Shown piece after piece: positions 25,401-39,164 of a stretch of DNA of 64,000 bases (positions within the stretch are counted from its first letter, which is position 1; each line of letters begins with the position of its first letter). The notes below the pieces were generated by a model, which worked only from the letters and a program-made list of their open reading frames with translations, made no database searches and was not told the DNA's origin. The translations under genes and the position numbers were made by a program. This stretch comes from Felis catus (Eukaryota), in NCBI RefSeq assembly GCF_018350175.1, contig NC_058373.1, positions 101,434,001 through 101,498,000 on the forward strand. Reading direction: 5' to 3'.

Positions 25401-26399
25401 CAACAACTAGTCATCTGAGCTTCCTCTTCCATCCCATACAGCCTTTCCCTTTCGAGGCTGTCCTCAGAGCTCGTTTCACCCCATTTCCCCTGAGGAAAAT
25501 TTCTCAGGACGTGCTGGGGAGACAAGGAGAGATGGGCCACGCTGCAATTTCCCTGCTGTCTAGCACATCACTTGCCTTGCCACAACCCCCGACCCCTGGC
25601 ATGCCCCCCCCCACCCGCCCAGCCCTGGAAGGGGATCCTGGACTCCTCTCTGGGCAGCCACATGAGACCCCATGCTCCTTCTGGGTATGAGGGATGCTCA
25701 GGGCTTGGCCCTTGCTGTTTCCCATTTCTCACTGCCCTGATCGGTGTAGGAAGCCCTAAGGCGCATGGCCAGTATTTTCCCATGAGCCAGGGAGAGGGTC
25801 TCCAATTTGAGGAAACTCTTACAGGTCTATCCATTTGTTTTTCTAGCCATCAGAGAACAAATCAAAGCACTTATTCAAAGAGATGTTGTATTTCACTGGT
25901 ATTTGGGATCTCAATTTCTGTTCTACCAGTTTGGTCGTTTTTTTACCTTCTTATTTTGTAATGGAATAGATAAAATAAAAGGCAAAAAAATATATTCTTT
26001 ATTTTAGCTACTGTATGTCCATTAAATCCGCTTAAAATCATCTGTTTTCATTATTGTACAAAGCCGATTGACAGGAATGTGTCAGGAGGGAGAGCCAAAA
26101 GAAGCATAAGGGCTGATTTTTAAATATACAGCCTTTCTCTCACACAGGGCCGTGGGACCTGGCGGGACATCTGCCACAGGTCCACCACAGCCCTAGGGCA
26201 ACACAAGAGAAAAGGTGGGGAGACAGCGATGCAATGAGAGTGTTTTACAATTCATCCTCCTAAGAGCACCAGGTTCTAAAGGAACTTGTTTTGCAAATGC
26301 CCTCAAGGATCCAGCTAGCATTAACTTAACAAAGTGCAGCAACAGGGGACAGGCTCCCTGAGGAAGGTCCAGAGTGGGAAGGTGGAGGTTTGGACCTCC

Positions 26400-26760
26400 T
26401 GGGTCAGGCTGCTGCATTCACTCCCTCCAGCTGTGGAGTACAAGGAAGTTACTGAACTGCTCTAAGCTTTCACTTCCCTGTGCATAAAATGGGGACGATA
26501 ATAACAACTATCGCTGAGCACATACTATGTGCCAGGCTCTGTTCTGACTCTTCCTATTTCAACTCCTTAATCTCTGTTAACAGTCCTAAGCCTTTCATCC
26601 ATATTAACCCATTTGAGCTTCACAACAACCCTAGGAAGTAGGTTCTATATCCCCATTTTAGAGATGAGGAAACCAAGGCACAGAGAGATTAAGCACCTCG
26701 CTGAAAGATTGCCTGGCATTTAGTAAATACTCAACAAATGTTAGCTATTGTTGTTGGCAT
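26400..26760. mobile_element. MIR fragments (several, both orientations)
   Basis: ctaagctttcacttccctgtgcataaaatgggg; cacaacaaccctaggaagtagg...ccccattttagagatgaggaaaccaaggcacagagag; gcctggcatttagtaaatactcaacaaatgttagct. Confidence 0.85.
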
Positions 26761-29700
26761 TAAGGATTTCACAGCCTTAAGCAGGTCAGGAGGAGATGCT
26801 GAGTGGATAAGGCAAGATCATATGCTACTTCGTCTCTTTTTAGCTTTATTCCTTAGTTCCCAGTACTCACATAAGGGAGACATAAGCTGTTCTCACATAA
26901 GCTGTAAACCAGCTACCTTCTTTACTAAGACTCTCCTATTCTCAAGTGCACATATGCACACACACAAACACACACATTTTCTCATATACACACACTCAAG
27001 CTCAACATATATGCCCACATCCTGCCGAGCCACAGACAACCTTTAGCTGGCTTGAGATTTAGGGAGATTTTGATTCGCCAAACACTGTATGTGGCTAGTT
27101 TAGCTTGATTCTTCTGTGTCCTAGGTGGCTTCAATGAACAAACTCAAGAGTTCTTTTGACTTTAGAGGCTTTAGAACCTCTAAACCTCTCTGGGGTTTTA
27201 AACCTCTCTGGGGTTTTCCTTAACCAGCTGATCTCTAGAAATAGTAAGACTTAACAACTACAGGAACCACCCAAGCTTTCGTCCAACACACCCCACTGCA
27301 GAAACTGCATGTGTTTCACCACTGTCCTTAGAGATGCCCACAATGCTCCTCGTCGGAGGCTGATAGGGTGGGCTCCTGGGCAAACTGCAGTATTTTCAGG
27401 CAAGGGAATTGACACTGGCTCAGAGCAGAACATCACACACAGATGTGTTTTAACGAGAGCAGGAGGAGCCCTTAACCAGATACCTGGTTAAGACCCATCA
27501 TCATAAAAGTGACATCTTTGGTCTCAGAGAGCTTGAAGGGGCTTCCCAGAGGTCACACAACCAGAAGGGGCCTGGAGCCGAGATCTCTTTATCCAGAGTT
27601 TGGTTTTCTTTTCACTATACCTCACATTGGCTTCACCTACTTCACCAAAATGTACCTTTCTCCCTTTGTCCACTTAGCATTTTTCCACATGAAATAGAGG
27701 AGCCTTAAAATATGAGCTGAAGAAGGAAGGACAGAAGACAGGTCCATAATATTGTTAAAAAAATGCTTGACCGTGATCTTAAGGGAAAGGCATTTTGATT
27801 CCTAAACTAAAAAGAAAAATGTCAAATCCCTAAAGCACAGATTCCAACAACTGTCTTTAATGAGAAAGTACAGAAATCACTCAGGTAATGAATGAAATCT
27901 CTCCAGAATGTTCTTCATGAGCAGGCACACAACTTCAGTCCTTAAAAATTAAACCTTTATTTTGTGCTTGTGGCTCCTCTAACTGAACTCTTCCCAGATG
28001 GACTGCAGAGCCGTGCATGCATGCGTCTGGACCTTTAGGGGTGGGGAGCAGGGCTTCGCTTCCTGTACCATCTGGTTCGCTGTTCCCAGCTCCAGCCTAG
28101 ATTCCCACTACAGCCGAGTAATCAGAAGAAGTCAGAAGAACACCTCAGGGAAAAGAATCTAGGACTCAGACTTAACTTCCTCTAAGGAGGATCAAACACT
28201 GAAGACTGTTCCTTTTCAAGTTTTATTAATCCTGGTTCATAATTTCCACCACATCATTAGTCATTTCCTATTTCTGAAGGGCTGGCAGCAGTCGCCAAGG
28301 CATCAGGCAGTAAATGGCCAGATAACCATGCCACCTGTGTGCCGTATTGACAGTTACCCACAACCGCATCTGGGTGAGAGGCTAATGTGCTTTTTCTAAA
28401 AGGCAAGCCATTTAGAAGTGCAGCCCAGTTTTTGATCTCTTGCTAAATACTTTTATCCACATCGTCTCCCCATCTGGGCCTGGAAGTCATCATGTGACCT
28501 GCGGTACTTTGAAAAGAAGGCAGCAAGGCAACAACAGCCAATCTGCCATAACCCCCTGAGCAGCATGAGCTCTCGGACCCCGCCCAAGAAGGGGAGGCAA
28601 TCCCTGTCTCCAGCCAGGAGAACTCCAGGAGCTGAAGTGTAAGGAAAGAAGGGAAAGTGACAAGAATCATGTCCACAAGAACCCTTCTTACAAAGAGACA
28701 GATGAAGTATAATTTATAAAGCACTTGAGAGCTGACCAGTAAGACTAATTCCATGGGGGTTACACCCAGTTCACAATGACATGGAGGTAACCACATAGTC
28801 AAGTGGCTTCTCAACATCCTGACTCCCTAAGGTCAGAGGGTCTCTCCAATACAAAAGCCTTCAAGAAACTCAGCACGTGAGAGGCAGGCAGGGTTCTGGG
28901 GGAGCCCTATCTAATACGAACCTAGCAGTTCAGAGATACAGGCTTCAGTTCTGGGCACCAAAGAGAGGGCTAAGAAGGAAAAAAGGTACTTATCAGCTCT
29001 GTTGGCCAAGCCCCTGGCGAGAGGGGAGAGACCATCCGAACTGTCTGGAGAGCTATGGCCCATACTGGGAAAGCTCTGAGCCTGCGTTGCTGCCACTGGC
29101 TGCTCCCATATGAAAGACTGCAAGGGAAATACAAATAAAGCTCATTTGGGGGATACTTTAATTTTTAAAAGGCTAAACCCTAATACCTAACCCTTAAATA
29201 GCATTTCCATCTGGGTAATCCCAAGTACTTTGCCAAAAGTTGGGTAATCACATCCCTACTAAGTAAAAAGGGAAGTTCCCAAACTTAACTGCATCTCTCA
29301 TGAAGGACAGAAAATTGAAGACAGAAAGTTAAGGAGGATGCATAACTTTTTCCCCGTTGCCATTCAAAACAGAGAAGTGTTCTCCTCTTGGAGAATTACA
29401 GCCTCGAGTGCCATTCTGAGTTTCAAAACTGAGCCAGGACAAGTGTTCATATGGGCAAACATTCCCTGCCCCCCACCTTCATCACCTCGTCTGCCAATGG
29501 CGGTGGTAAAAATGCAATTACACAGGGTGTAGTAGCAACAACCATAGGAACAGGAGTGGAAAAGTTGAAGAAACTGAATCCTCTGTTCTTTTTTTCTTAT
29601 ACTTAACACCAGTCCCTCCTGTTACCAGTCTCAAGGAATAAAAAGCATCAAAACACATCCCTTCACATATTGAGGAGCCTGCTCTACACATCTGGCCTCT

Positions 29701-32700
29701 TCTGATACCCTGGGTACTTCTCAGAAATGACAAATATTCAAATTGGACTTTTTCTTTCTAAGTGCGTACACACATACAGACTAACCTTACATGCATACAT
29801 ACAAACACTGTCCCAGCCTTTGGATTTATTTTGAATCCTCAGATTCTATTCTGATTTCCCACCTCTGGATTGTATGTTGTAGTCAACAATCCATCTATTA
29901 GCCACTTGTCAAAGTATTAGGAGAAACTGCCTTTTCCTACCTTTTGGTAATCCCCATGTCCCTCAACTTCAGAGTTTTACCCTGTAGGCTGATTTTCCTA
30001 CCAAAGACTACTGAAAGTCTAAAATTTTCACTCACACCCGAGTAGCATCCCAGTGAAGAGCAGACTCGAAATTCCCTTTCTGTAACTGAATTCATTAAAT
30101 TCTCACGAGTCCTATAACTTCCCGGTTCATAGGTATTGAGGGCTAACTCTCCTGCCCAACTACTTAAACAGTAAATCTGCCTCGTTAATACACCTTTCTG
30201 AGGAACTAAGCATTCTAGCTCTCTCAAAGAACCTACTCTGAACGAGTTTCGCACAACAAAAAGAACCATCTAACAGATCCTGAGATGCAGGACATTTACT
30301 CACAAGGCCTCTGAGTCGCTCTGCCAGAGTCACTAGGGCTATTTGCTCCTGTTTCCAAACCTCCTCCCAAGGCTCCCCCACCCTCACTGCAATTGCTGTG
30401 GTAGCTGAAACCAGCCTCGATTTTTATCTGCATGGCAACTTCATGCTCCCACAGGTTCCAAACTGATCAAGTGGCCTTCAAAAATGCCCCCCCCCCCCCC
30501 CCGCTTCTTAAAAAGGCTGAGCCAAGCTGTGTATGATCAAGACAGAAAACAATCCCTTATCATGTCGGAAGTAATACTTGCGGTTATCTAAAGCAACGGT
30601 AATCATATCATACACTTTATCTGTGACTGCCTTTTTCCTTCCAAGGGTAGGAATAGAAACTTCTTCTCCTTCATAATGAGCACTATTGAAACTCCAGCAG
30701 GCAGACTCTGCTTTGGCAACATGCCATTCCCTAGCATAAGTGTGTAATCATCTCAAAAAATGTAACATGGCAGAGAACAGGTACAAGTACTTTCTGGAAA
30801 TATTGTTTGTAAAGGGCCGGCTTGATAACAGGGATTGTTTGTGTTAGAGCCTTTTTGGCCTGTATGGTTAACAAGAGCTTGCAGTTCTGGTGCCAGCTCA
30901 GTTAATCCAACAGGACTTTATGCAGGGTTTTAGGGGATAGGGCCCAGGAAACAATACAAGCCTTCTCCCTCACAAGTGCTGCTACACCATGAGAGAAAAG
31001 CACTCTGCTATTTAATCCGTCATACTTCCTTTTGATAGATATTGTGGCTGTCAGTGCACCACATCAAAACATTCGCTCATAACACAGCACTAGAAGAGTC
31101 TTTAAAATAAAATTATCAAACGGCATCATTTATTGAAGATGACAATCCAACTGCAGTCTCAGACTCATCAGACAAGCAAACGCTGCACATGAGGTGCACA
31201 CATCTGCTAGGGGCCCTCCAGGTCAAGCCCCCTGATAGGGAACTACCACCATCTCTAAGAACACATTTTCAGGAAAGCAGTCAAACACAGTTTCCTTTCG
31301 CAGGAGGGAGAAATCTCCATCTCCGCTTGTCAGATTGGAAACCTGGAGCACAGTGCCACAGAGTTTAGCAAATATCAGCCCAGAAGAATGAAGGACTGTG
31401 CATTTTGGTTTTCCTCGTGTTTCCCCCTTCCCCAGGGAACATGTCCCACGGCCCCTTGCCCTGTCCCACAGACTTGCCTCTCACTGCCCTTGCGTCCCTG
31501 CTGCCCAACTGACTATGCGACACCTATGCAGCATCAAGTGGTAAAATCAGCTCCCTTTGCCTATAGAGATAGTTTTATTTCCGTGAATTAATCTGCTAAG
31601 GTTGAAACAAAGTATGTGAATGCCTAAGACACTTGTGGCTATTTTTGTATCTCCTTTATAGGGCTACTATCTTTGCCTTTCTGTAATGTCAATGTATTAC
31701 GAAAAGACATCATATACCATGCAAAGATAATCCAAAGTACGAGCTCTGCTTCAAAGGGATATACGCACGAAATGTATACAAATATGAGTTAAGCTAAAGC
31801 ATAGAAACTGTAGTGAAAGCTACAGAGTGTTTCTGGAACATTTCTGCTCTATGTCGAAATTTTTCTATTAGATTTCTATTTACCTAATAAAAAATACTGT
31901 TTAACTTATGTAAGTGTTGATTATTAAATTACGTGCAAGTTTAGCAACCAGGCCATTGAAACACATAAAGAGCAGTTATTGAAAGGTAACCTTAAGCAGC
32001 TGTTGTCAACCTCCATTCAATAAATAAGAAGCAAAAAATTTAAAATACATCGAAAGATTAAATGAAAAGGAGAATTACTTGACAAGGAAAAATGGTAAAT
32101 ACTAAAATCTATAACAATGTCCTAAATGTCTATTCCCAGGAAGCTCTAAGTTTGGGCCGCCTTGGATCGTTTAAAAATGTTGTTGAAGTCATAAGGAATT
32201 ATTTTAGATTGCTTATTGTAGTCCCTTCCAGCAATACGGGACTTCAATCACCATATACACCTGCACATGGCTACCTGTCAGAGAGTTAGTTCACAGTCAG
32301 AAGCTAAACCTAGAGAATGGGCTTGATAGCTTTAAGTTTCACATTCGTAAACGAAACATACGCACTTTTCTCTAAACAACAAGATGGCTGTAATCACCAC
32401 TCAGATTAAAAAGTGGCATAACAGACTGGTCAGGAAACACATTCCCAATAAGATTTCTGATCTATAGAGAAATACAAAAGGCAAAGGGGCCCCTGAAAAT
32501 AAAAGTTATTTGTTCCTAAAGCCTGCGTCTTTGCTTGGAGCTATTTCTTAAGAAAGAAACTGCTTCCTTCCCTAACCATATAAAACAATCCCTGAAGTTA
32601 TTTATAGTGTTCATGGCCCGGAGGCATCACTCGGTTCCCCCACCACAAGCCCAACCATGTGTTACTATATTAAAAAATGTGAAAAAGTAATTATGGGGTA

Positions 32701-33175
32701 TGGGAGCCAGTGTCTGCAGACACAACCTGCCAAAGAGGAAGTGACAGGAAACTTATGCTCCTCGTTGCCGCTCAAGCACTGCCCAGGCTCCAGGCTCAGA
32801 AGAGAGCAGTCTGTTCCAAGAAATAAGAGAGGAGCCTGCCCTAGTGAATCAGAAATATCCCTGTTTCTGAATATACAGTAAACTGGTTTCCATTCCCAGG
32901 TCCCCTTAGTCAGTCAGACTTTCCAGTCATGTGGAGAGACCACTCACAGCATCCTCCCTCGGCAACTCGGCCAGCTGCCTGCCTCAGCTCCCTTCGGACC
33001 GAGTAGACTGGGACATGAAAGGCTCGGGACTTGGGTGAGAGTTGGGAGACCGCTAAAACTGGCCCCTAAAGCACCGTCCTGCCCTCTCAGATCCTGATTT
33101 CTGCCACCTTGCTCTAAATCAGTTTCGTGGTTCCTCTCCCCACCTCCACCCTCATTCCTTGCCCTCATGTAGGAT

Positions 33176-33185
33176 GGGAAATTCC
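33176..33185 (+). promoter_or_regulatory. NF-kB consensus site GGGAAATTCC
   Basis: Exact match to GGGRNWYYCC; function untested. Confidence 0.4.
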
Positions 33186-34210
33186 ATCTAATACTCATTT
33201 CTGGACTGGCGTCCACACACTCACAACTCCCTCAGGTGTCCCCTTGGAAGATGGGCTCTGTCATCATTAGGATACCCGTGCTTTCTAGCTCTGAAGGCGG
33301 AGAGGAAAAAAGTTGTTCCAAGTATCTGTTCCAGAGAGCTGAAATTCATTTAGAGAGGAAAAGTCCACATTTCTGGTAGAAAGGCAGTGTTCCCAAGAGG
33401 CCTCAGCTTAGGAAACATTTATTGGGAGAAACTACATTTCCTCCCCAGGACCTCCATCTGAATCGGTCTAATCTCAGGAAAAAAGAGACCAGTGACAACT
33501 TTCACAAGAGAGCCTTGGAAAAATTGCTGCTATCTCAGGAAGGCTTCACTTGGAAATAAGTCATTGTTGCTATCTTCTTATCCAACTTGACTACCTAAAT
33601 GCAGCACTACATAAACTTCCAAAGAAGCAAAAACTTACCCACACACAGTGTCTTCTAAAAATCAATTTACTGAAATCTCTTCCAAATAAATTTTTAAAGA
33701 AAAGAAAGCCATAGATGACCGAGAATGCAGAGGGTAATGGATGTCAGGAAAATGTCCTCACTACCTCTTTAAAATAACTAAATAAATCGAATTAACATGT
33801 TTCTCTCGTAATATTCTGTGAGCCTGAAATATATTTTTATATTATAAACACACCAAGCTTGAGTTCCTAATTTACATTCTGCAATTCTAGAATGTGAGTA
33901 AATATTGGTTTCTAAATTCCCTAAAAGTCTTCCTTTCAAGTTTGTTTTTTGACTCTGGGCAATAGCATATATGTAGAATTTAAACAGGTTATCAACTGAT
34001 ACAGCTGGAAAGAAGACTTTAAAAATCAGAGAGAATATCCCTGTAAGTCTAATCCATGCAGCTTCCCACATTGAGGAACTGATTTACAACCTTCTGAGAT
34101 GCCCTGTTAACCACCCTAAGATCTGTAGAGGAGCTTCAGTTATCTCATCCCAGTTTTCTCCCTTTCATCTCTGCCTCCTAAGGCCCGGTTTCTTCACCAC
34201 TGTAGTATCC

Positions 34211-34227
34211 ACAGTGCCACCTGCTGG
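34211..34227 (-). promoter_or_regulatory. CTCF core motif
   Basis: Minus strand reads CCAGCAGGTGGCACTGT, matching all 14 positions of CCASYAGRKGGCRS. Confidence 0.65.
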
Positions 34228-37200
34228 TTGTCACAAGTATCTCTATGGCTACCTGCTCTCCCTTCGGGGATTTGCTTAATTAAAGTCAATCAATGACTGC
34301 TAGAAAAGCCACGGGAACATACCCTTAAGAAATAATAAAACAATCTATGAGATGAGGAAGATACCAATTCACAGAAGGTTAGCATGACCCAACATGTTCT
34401 CGTGAGGCAAAGGCCTGGCTATTTTAAAGGCAACCTTTAAAAGGTTAAACCTAGAATTTGCAAATCTGCTTCACGCAGGTTGGCAATAGGACTCGGTGTG
34501 AGACTATCTTTTAGATTAGATGAAATGCCTCAAAAATTTTCAAGATTCTATACCTTCTTGTACCCACCAATCCTAGACTTCTACTTCTCCCCTTTCTTAG
34601 ATAAGTATCTTCTGCTTTTAAAAGATAGGAAATTTGCCATCATAATTGGTTAGATAGGAATAAAAGCTTGAACCCAATTCCTGACTTTGATTCATAGCAG
34701 TTCCGTCTCCATCCAAAGTTACAGCGCCTGCCCTCATTCTGGAATCTGTGAGCCATCCACACAAATGACAGGGGCCAAAGTACCTGCAGGCATGTGTGAA
34801 TACAAAGCCCCCCTCCCATATTCAACCTTTAGATGGTTCAACTATTTACCATGTGTCCACAATCTGCCATTTGCATCTCAGGCCTTAGCCAGGCAAAAGA
34901 TAAGAGAGGATGACCTTTAGCACCCACAACTAATGAATATGAATGAGGTCATGCTTACAAGCTCAACTGGGGGGGACAAAGTAACACACAGGGAAAACAT
35001 TTTTTGTTTAAAGGCTCCTGACAAGCATTAGCTAGTCAAGTTTCCTAATAATCCCTTAGAGTCTAGACTGGCAAAGGATCATTATTCCTCCAGCAGGTCG
35101 GCAAAAGAAGATACCCAAAGGTTACCATTTCAACATCATTCTATGTCATCAATCTCCTGAAATCACGTTGGAAAAAAAGGTGCTGAAAGATGCTTCTCAC
35201 TGACTGTAAATGCAAAGCGAGAAATATGCCCAAATCAGGAGGCAGCGAAACCTTGGAAGAGTCCTGAACCAGCCATTATTTGTTAATGATTTTATCAGAG
35301 CAGACGATTTAGAAATGTAGATCTCTACGTAAAGAAAAAACAGCTGCAAGATTTAGATTGCAACTGAGTAATAATTTTAAAGAAAAGAAATTTCTGTATT
35401 TATCAGTTGAGGATTTATTTGGAGAGGTGGTTGGTTTCTTGCTTTCTCCCTACTCCTTCCTAATTAAAGTCTACACATGGAGACTACAGATAGAGGATAA
35501 ATATCACAAATGTGATCTTCAGCCTTGAACTCTGGCATAGTATTCCATTTGAATTTTGTTTGCATTTGCTTTGCTCTTTTTAAAAGTATAAACTGGACCC
35601 TTACATTTCCCGGTCTTCTACCAAATTCAGGAACTATCACATTTTCTTTTTTCTTTTTTTACTTTCTAAATCTATAAACTTCAAAATATTTCTATAAACT
35701 TCAAAATATTTGCCAAGTTGGCAAAGCTCCAATCAGCCCTTCACCGCTGCAATTAAAGTGATTTTCCATCTGAACATAACCCTGACAAGTGAGACATTAT
35801 AAAAGCTCCCTCACTGAGCATATTTTTACGTTCGTCACAGATATGTATTCATCCTCACAATATTCAGATTATTCTAGGAACTGTGAGTCAATGTAACAGC
35901 AGTGGCCACTATCTAAAAGAAAAGTTGAATTCAGGATCCCCCTTTGAAAGCAAGCAATATCTAGAAAGAAAAAGAGAGAAGCACTCTTTTATTTCTTTTA
36001 AAGTTGATATTACATAAAACAAATGAAACCCACGGTAGAGCCAGACAAAGTCAAACAACATATTCAACTTTGAGGAGACGGTGCAGCAGGGAATGCTGTG
36101 TTACAAAGCATTATTCTTATGTCATCACGGCTTCCAGAAAAACGCTCGAAGCTCCACCTTAATACAGGATTCACTTCTCAGCTGAGGAGGACCTTAGGAA
36201 CAGTACACTTAGCACTCAGCAGTTATTTGACCTATTTTACTAATGTGTTTGGGAAGGAGGTTAATTAACAGTGGATGGCTATATCCTTAAGCTTAATTTT
36301 TCCAACAGCCCTGCTCATAAAAGGAAAAATTGAGTATGTATTGAAGGAAGCAAGCAATTAAGTTGCACAAATAGTGAGCTCATTGAACTGCAGCTGACTT
36401 CTATCATGTCAAAGAACAACTAAACACAGAAGCAATAAAAAGATTGTTGCCACGACCACCACTGAGAACCGACTGGCAATAAAGATGAATAACTTCCTAC
36501 TTGAAGATTACTTGATTAAAGCTCTTTAGAAACCAAATGTTACACATAGGCATAAATGGAGCAAAATATTTTAATGCGTGTTTGGCAGGTTCAGAAACAT
36601 TTTATAGTCAATTTTAAATGAAGGTTTATACAACAACAGTAAACTCCACTTAAAACAGACTTTCCAACTGCTGTTCTTGCAAGCAAGCTGCTGTGTTTCT
36701 GGGGAAATCTTGAACTGTACTGTGGGATAAAAGTCCCATACCTAACAGAGTAAGGGGAGGGCCATGGGGAGTGGAATTCCACAGGACCGGGTCCTCTGAA
36801 ACTAAACCCAAGAGCAGAGTTAGAGAAGCTCATTCAGATGGCTGTGACCCTTGAAGGCAAGTAAACAGACTCCCTGTAGCAATAACCAGGAAATCTCTCT
36901 CTCCCCGGCAACACTCCGCTCCCCTGCCCACCTCCCAAAGCTCCAAAAGGTCAAGTTTTAGCCCAAGCTGCCCTTCAAAGAAGTGTACTCACATCTAGGA
37001 GTTGGATACAGGTTGGCATCAGAACTGGCTCCCAGGACTATCAGTGTCGGCGAGGTGGGACAGGCATGATTTGACAAGGAAAATGTGTCTGACAGAGGAT
37101 TCAGCTCTCAACTTACAAGTGTCTATGGACATGTCTGGAGAATATCAGCCTCTTTGAGGGCTAGACCCCAGCACTTGCCTGCTGCCTTTAGGGGGAATAC

Positions 37201-38178
37201 AATGAAGAATTATAAAAGACGAAAAGGATGAGGATTTTGCCACAACAGTTGCTTATAAGCTAAGATTTAAAAAAATAAATAAATAAGCTGCCCTTTGCAT
37301 CGGTGCCCTCGAACCCACTACTGTGGAGAATTAAAGCCAGTCGATCTATAGAAATAAGGCAGTCTGCCACCTCATCTCTATCCTTTCCCCCGCTGTTAGT
37401 CCATCTCTAGAATACTGAGGAGAGCGGACACTGTGCTTTTCTTCTGAACATTTCTCCCCGATTGGGCTTTAAGGGATCAGGGCCTTGAGATTACGATGAG
37501 CGGTTCTCCCCCTTGGCCAGCTCCAGCCCTCTCCTCCCTCACTCAGAAACTGTGCAGTGAGCCCCTCTGGAGCTCTTTTTGTTTCACACAGCACCCTTCA
37601 ATATGCTGGGTAGATAGTAAGTGTTTAATACATGCTCTGGGGTTAGAATCAACAGGAAAGGCTTATATTTTTGGAATCGAAACTAGAGAAGCAATTTTGT
37701 GCCACACCTTGAAAAAAAAAAAAAAGCATAACGTTCTTGATTTTCTTGGATGGAAAATGGGAGCTAAAATGGCCTGTAGAAATTAAGCACATAAAGCACA
37801 TGGTACCTAACTTCACAATCCAGTTAGATATGTCCACTCTTTACACACTATTTTCTAGAGATTCGGAGCTGAATTTGCTGCCAGGGATTTTTAAATACTT
37901 GGTTTGGGGAATTCTAACTGCAAACCAAATTCATACTGCAAACTTTGGAAGAGCTTTATTGATGAAAAGTAGATATTTGTAATTTTAGTAACACTCTTCC
38001 TCACCACTTTTCAAGAGGACTGGTCACTGGATATGTGGCATGCAAAACTAACAAAGAAATAAGTTAGGAAGGAGTTTGAATATTTATATAAATTATATTT
38101 CATATGCGGGAAGAAAGCTCAGTGGTACACCCCCTTCCTTCTGTTTCAGTGTCCCCAACTTAAAGCCTTTCATGGGCT

Positions 38179-38392
38179 TTGTTTTGTTTGTTTAAGTTTA
38201 TTTACTTATTCTAAGAGAGAGAGAGAGTGTGGGAGAGAGGGGCACAGAGAGAAGGAGAAACAGAATCCAAGCAGGCTCCACACTGTCAGCGCACCGCCCG
38301 ATGTGGGGCTCAGACTCACAAACTGTGAGATCATGACCTGAGCCAAAGTCAAGAGGCGGATATTTAACCAACTGAGCCACTCAGGTGTCCCC
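38179..38392 (-). mobile_element. Can-SINE
   Basis: Reverse-oriented SINE; TSD tt(t/g)catgggct at 38168-38178 and 38393-38403. Confidence 0.95.
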
Positions 38393-39164
38393 TTGCATGG
38401 GCTCTGAACTCCAGGTACTCCACTAAGACATTCTAACCCTGTGCACTAAAATTCTTGAGATGGAATGATTTGTACAGCACAGAAAGGGGGGTGGAAGAAG
38501 AAAGTAACAACAGTTCAGAGATGGGAACAGTCTGCTCCCTGGACACCCCTCCAGGCTTAGGTTCACTATCCAACCTCCAAAGTCCAAGACTCTCAGTCCC
38601 CCCATGTTAAGAGAACAAGAAAAATGCCTAGGAAGGCCCACGGTTTCCTTCCACATCGAGGAGAGGAAGCAGCAGAGGTAGCAGACGCCCATGTGCAGCC
38701 ATCACTTCCTCGGGGGCTGGTGTCCATTTCCACCCACTGGGATGGAGTCTGGCAGCTTCATAACCGGCAAGAGATACATAATCCAAGAAACCATTTTGGT
38801 TCCAATTCTAGCCTTATGAAGGCCAGTTCTGTCTAACTCTGACTCCTTATAAGCATTAGTAAGGATTCCAAACTGCCTCATCCTCAAGAGTATGGCCAGA
38901 GAAAGACGAGTTGAGCAAAGCTCAAGATACTCTTCAGAAATACCTTGAGATTAGAAAAATCTTGAGATTATATAAAATAGAAATACATTCAGACATGATA
39001 GAGAGAAAATATACCTTTTCTTCTCCTCCTTTGAGTAGTCAGAGTGTCAAATCAAAAAGCAAAATAGGGTGTAAATCTAATAATAGAATCTAGAGCAAAT
39101 GGCTATAAGAAGCTTGTTCCTCAAGAAACAAGAGAAACCGTGCGTCTAATCAAAGTGTACTTAA

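Noticed and set aside
33025..33080. AACTGGCCC... resembling miR-193b
   Set aside because: Several mismatches and no convincing complementary 5' arm
33639..33654. Possible 16-nt minus-strand microexon (ttttag|AAGACACTGTGTGTGG|gtaagt)
   Set aside because: Weak pyrimidine tract with intervening AGs and a frame-shifting length; insufficient evidence
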